Positions 61,599 to 64,000 of a stretch of DNA of 64,000 nt are shown in pieces. The translations under genes were made by a program, and so were the position numbers. This stretch comes from Cladosporium halotolerans (lineage: Eukaryota). The stretch covers positions 310,001 to 374,000 of the forward strand of contig NW_027191456.1 of NCBI RefSeq assembly GCF_011745625.1. The letters run 5' to 3'. The notes below the pieces were generated by a model that was not told where the DNA came from, did not search any database, and worked only from the letters and a program-made list of their open reading frames with translations. Position 1 is the stretch's first letter. Every line of letters begins with the position of its first letter.

Positions 61599-61818
61599 AA
61601 GTTGTCCGTATAGTAGATTAGCTCTCAGATAGAGGTAGCAAGATAATCCATGTTGTTGTAGAGCCGGAGATCGTTTTCATACCGCGAAAGTGTTTGTGGC
61701 GATCTGGCAATCAAATATCGCAACCATCAATAGCCTGATATATTTTCAGAGGAAATAACATGGTTTCCCGCATACGTCCGCTGACAGATCGATTGACGGT
61801 AAACCACAACCCCGACTA

Positions 61819-62907
61819 TTACTCAGTTTGCGGCGATCGTCGCCTGAACAAATGGATTTGATAACGCATGTTTTCCAGTTCCAAAGCGTATTCCAGTCCT
61901 TCCGGAAGTCTGAACCACTGTGACTCGTTTGTGAGGACCTTCTCCCACAGCGCGGTTTCGGGCTGGCGGCCGAGAAGCGTGTGGTCGAGCAGCCACTGCA
62001 TCGGATACTTCTTCTCTGCACCGTTGATTGCAACAGTCGAGTAGCTCCCGGGGCTGTCGACTACAAGGAGATAAGCCCCTTCGCGCATGTTTGTCGTCAG
62101 ACTCTTGAGGAGACGCTGCGTCTTCGGCACAGAGGTCGAGTACAGCTCGTTGAGAGTGAACATGATAGTCACCAAGTCGATTGAACCAGCTTGGGCTGCA
62201 ACTGTTTCCTCATTCCATTCGAGAACGTCTGCTTGATCGCATGTAGCTTGGAAGTGCTCTTTGCTGACCATCGGAACGTTGGCTTCACGCAATGCGGCGG
62301 ATGCGTATTTTGATAGGACAGGCATTGAAGTGGCGGCTTCACACAGCTTATCGGAGATAGGCTGCCATGCAGCGATGTCAACGAGTTTCACGTCAAGAGA
62401 GGCCTGTTCGGGCTCAGAGTCTCTCGCATCGGCTGTGAAATTGTGCCACCCAGCGATACTCACGAGCTCAGCTCCCGCGCCGCCGCCGACAGAGAGAACC
62501 TTGAGAGGTTGACCTGATACAGTCCCTTTTCGCAAATCGGTCAAGAATCCGTCAATGTCCTCAAAGACCTGCAGATACCCAAGAGCTCGCGCAGCGCTCC
62601 ATCGCAACGCGTAAGCCCTGAGGTAAGCCTCGCTGCTGAACGCTCGATGGAAGTCTCTGTTGTACAGGTGGCCCTTGACTTCTTGGACGGCAGCGACATC
62701 CTCTGGACCCGTCCAAAGAGCATCACGGAAGATGTTCAAGCATTTCTGTTGCAGAGCTCGGGAGATTTTGCTAGATCTTTGTTGCGGCGGCCGGTCCTCA
62801 GCCTTGCTGGGTGCTTTGCCAGCGTTCGACTTCGCAGATTTGGCGGACTTTGCGTTTTGCTTGGCTGCCTTGTTCTGCAAGGATCTTGCACGGTCGTTGT
62901 TCATCAT
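61819..62907 (-). CDS. BMT6: 25S rRNA m3U methyltransferase Bmt6-like (SAM-dependent)
   Basis: VKGHLYNRDF..AYALRWSAARAL, SVGGGAGAE (SAM motif I), VDIAAW, FTLNELY, VDSPGSYS, KKYPMQWLLD, LENMRYQ. Confidence 0.85.
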   Translation of the reverse strand: MMNNDRARSLQNKAAKQNAKSAKSAKSNAGKAPSKAEDRPPQQRSSKISRALQQKCLNIFRDALWTGPEDVAAVQEVKGHLYNRDFHRAFSSEAYLRAYALRWSAARALGYLQVFEDIDGFLTDLRKGTVSGQPLKVLSVGGGAGAELVSIAGWHNFTADARDSEPEQASLDVKLVDIAAWQPISDKLCEAATSMPVLSKYASAALREANVPMVSKEHFQATCDQADVLEWNEETVAAQAGSIDLVTIMFTLNELYSTSVPKTQRLLKSLTTNMREGAYLLVVDSPGSYSTVAINGAEKKYPMQWLLDHTLLGRQPETALWEKVLTNESQWFRLPEGLEYALELENMRYQIHLFRRRSPQTE

Positions 62908-63244
62908 GTTCGGATGGATCTGACGGCTATTCAGTACCGTGCAGCCGCCGGGGCTCGCTGCAAAAGATCCAAATTTCGGTGAAGTCCACTCCGACGCTGC
63001 CGAATGCGGAGACAGCTGTGGAGGAGGGGTCTGCGATTGCGGATGCTCCAGAGTTGTGAGCCATCATTCAGATCTGACTGGGTTCATAGGAAAGACCTCG
63101 GCTGGTGGCATTTTCTTGCGATATATAGCTCGGTGGAGTATACCTCATCTCTCAATTGATTATTCTCTCACATTCCGTCCGCTGCAGAGTGCAATACCCT
63201 CATCCGATCGACCAGACTATCCACACCCAAAGGACCCCACAACC

Positions 63245-63859
63245 ATGCGTCTCCCCTACATCCCCGACGACCCCAAGATGGAGACGGAAGAAGACGCCGC
63301 GGTCGTGCAACGCGTCAAAGACCGCCGCGGCGGCAAGCTGATCGCCCTGGACAAGACCCTGCTGCACGCGCCCCCTGTCGCGAACGGCTGGAACGGCTTC
63401 CTGGGCGCCATTCGCACACAGACCTCCCTGCCCGACAGCATCCGCGAGCTGGCCATCTGCCGAGTGGCTGTGCTCAACAAAGCGTGGTACGAGTGGGATT
63501 CGCACAGGCCTATACTGGAGAAGTCCGGCGTGTTGAGCGCCGAGGCGATCGAGCACTTGAAGGAGCGGCCGCGGGCCAACGAGGAGGTCGCGAGGAGACA
63601 AGAGGCGAAGACCATGGGAGGGAACCTGTTTGATGAGAAGCACTCGGCTGTGTTGGAGTATACCGATGCGATGACGATCGGATGTATTGTGCCCGAGCCT
63701 GTGTTCGAGCGGCTCAGGAGCTTTTTCACAGAGAGAGAGGTCGTTGAGATCACGAGCACGGTAGCGGCGTACAACTGTGTTAGTAGGTTCTTGGTAGCTC
63801 TTGATGTAGGTGAGATGGCGGAGAAGTACGGCGTAGACATGAGTGGGAAGGCTGCTTGA
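63245..63859 (+). CDS. Carboxymuconolactone decarboxylase/AhpD-like protein
   Basis: caaccATG start. LLHAPPVANGWN..RELAICRVAVLNKAWYEWDSH..YTDAMT..EITSTVAAYNCVSRFLVALDV. Confidence 0.85.
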   Translation: MRLPYIPDDPKMETEEDAAVVQRVKDRRGGKLIALDKTLLHAPPVANGWNGFLGAIRTQTSLPDSIRELAICRVAVLNKAWYEWDSHRPILEKSGVLSAEAIEHLKERPRANEEVARRQEAKTMGGNLFDEKHSAVLEYTDAMTIGCIVPEPVFERLRSFFTEREVVEITSTVAAYNCVSRFLVALDVGEMAEKYGVDMSGKAA

Positions 63860-64000
63860 TGCATGTAATCTCGTCAACGATTGAGTGTCGATAAAGCAGC
63901 TTATAAATCATTGATTCTGTCAGAGATTATAGAACGCCATCCAGAAAAAGGGAGGCCACCGGTATGTCCGTCAACGCCATCGCTTGCAAAAAGACCAAAA

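Noticed and set aside
62939..63244. Cys-rich N-terminal extension of the CMD/AhpD ORF
   Set aside because: Non-ATG start, lies in the divergent promoter shared with BMT6, and caaccATG at 63245 fits the family start.

Overview
Gene-dense, intron-containing DNA from a filamentous ascomycete fungus. The GT..AG introns have CTRAC branch points, there is a dispersed 5S rRNA gene, and the gene set is Pezizomycotina-like (Dothideomycete-like is my impression only). I support about 25 protein-coding genes. Housekeeping genes: TSC13, MRPL16, RFC1, RRP46, DSN1/Mis13, NFU1, MSF1, SEC61, CTF8 and BMT6. Accessory and plant-interaction genes: a Ppo/linoleate-diol-synthase DOX-CYP fusion, a peroxisomal SDR, a Upc2-like Zn2Cys6 factor, cerato-platanin, a DyP peroxidase, a CBM1-GH6 cellobiohydrolase and a sugar/quinate transporter. 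Best leads: (1) a stand-alone PARP-fold ADP-ribosyltransferase with an apparently intact H-Y-E triad; (2) a MEIOB-like OB-fold protein with a PIP-box-like N-terminus; (3) an Asn-to-Pro change in the NXXQ motif of the Ppo P450 domain; (4) a recurring, orientation-independent C-rich-to-G-rich skew switch; (5) a frameshifted P450; (6) an 8-nt micro-exon. No transposon, CRISPR array or tRNA was recognised. Family calls come from remembered motifs and exon boundaries were read by eye; no searches were run.
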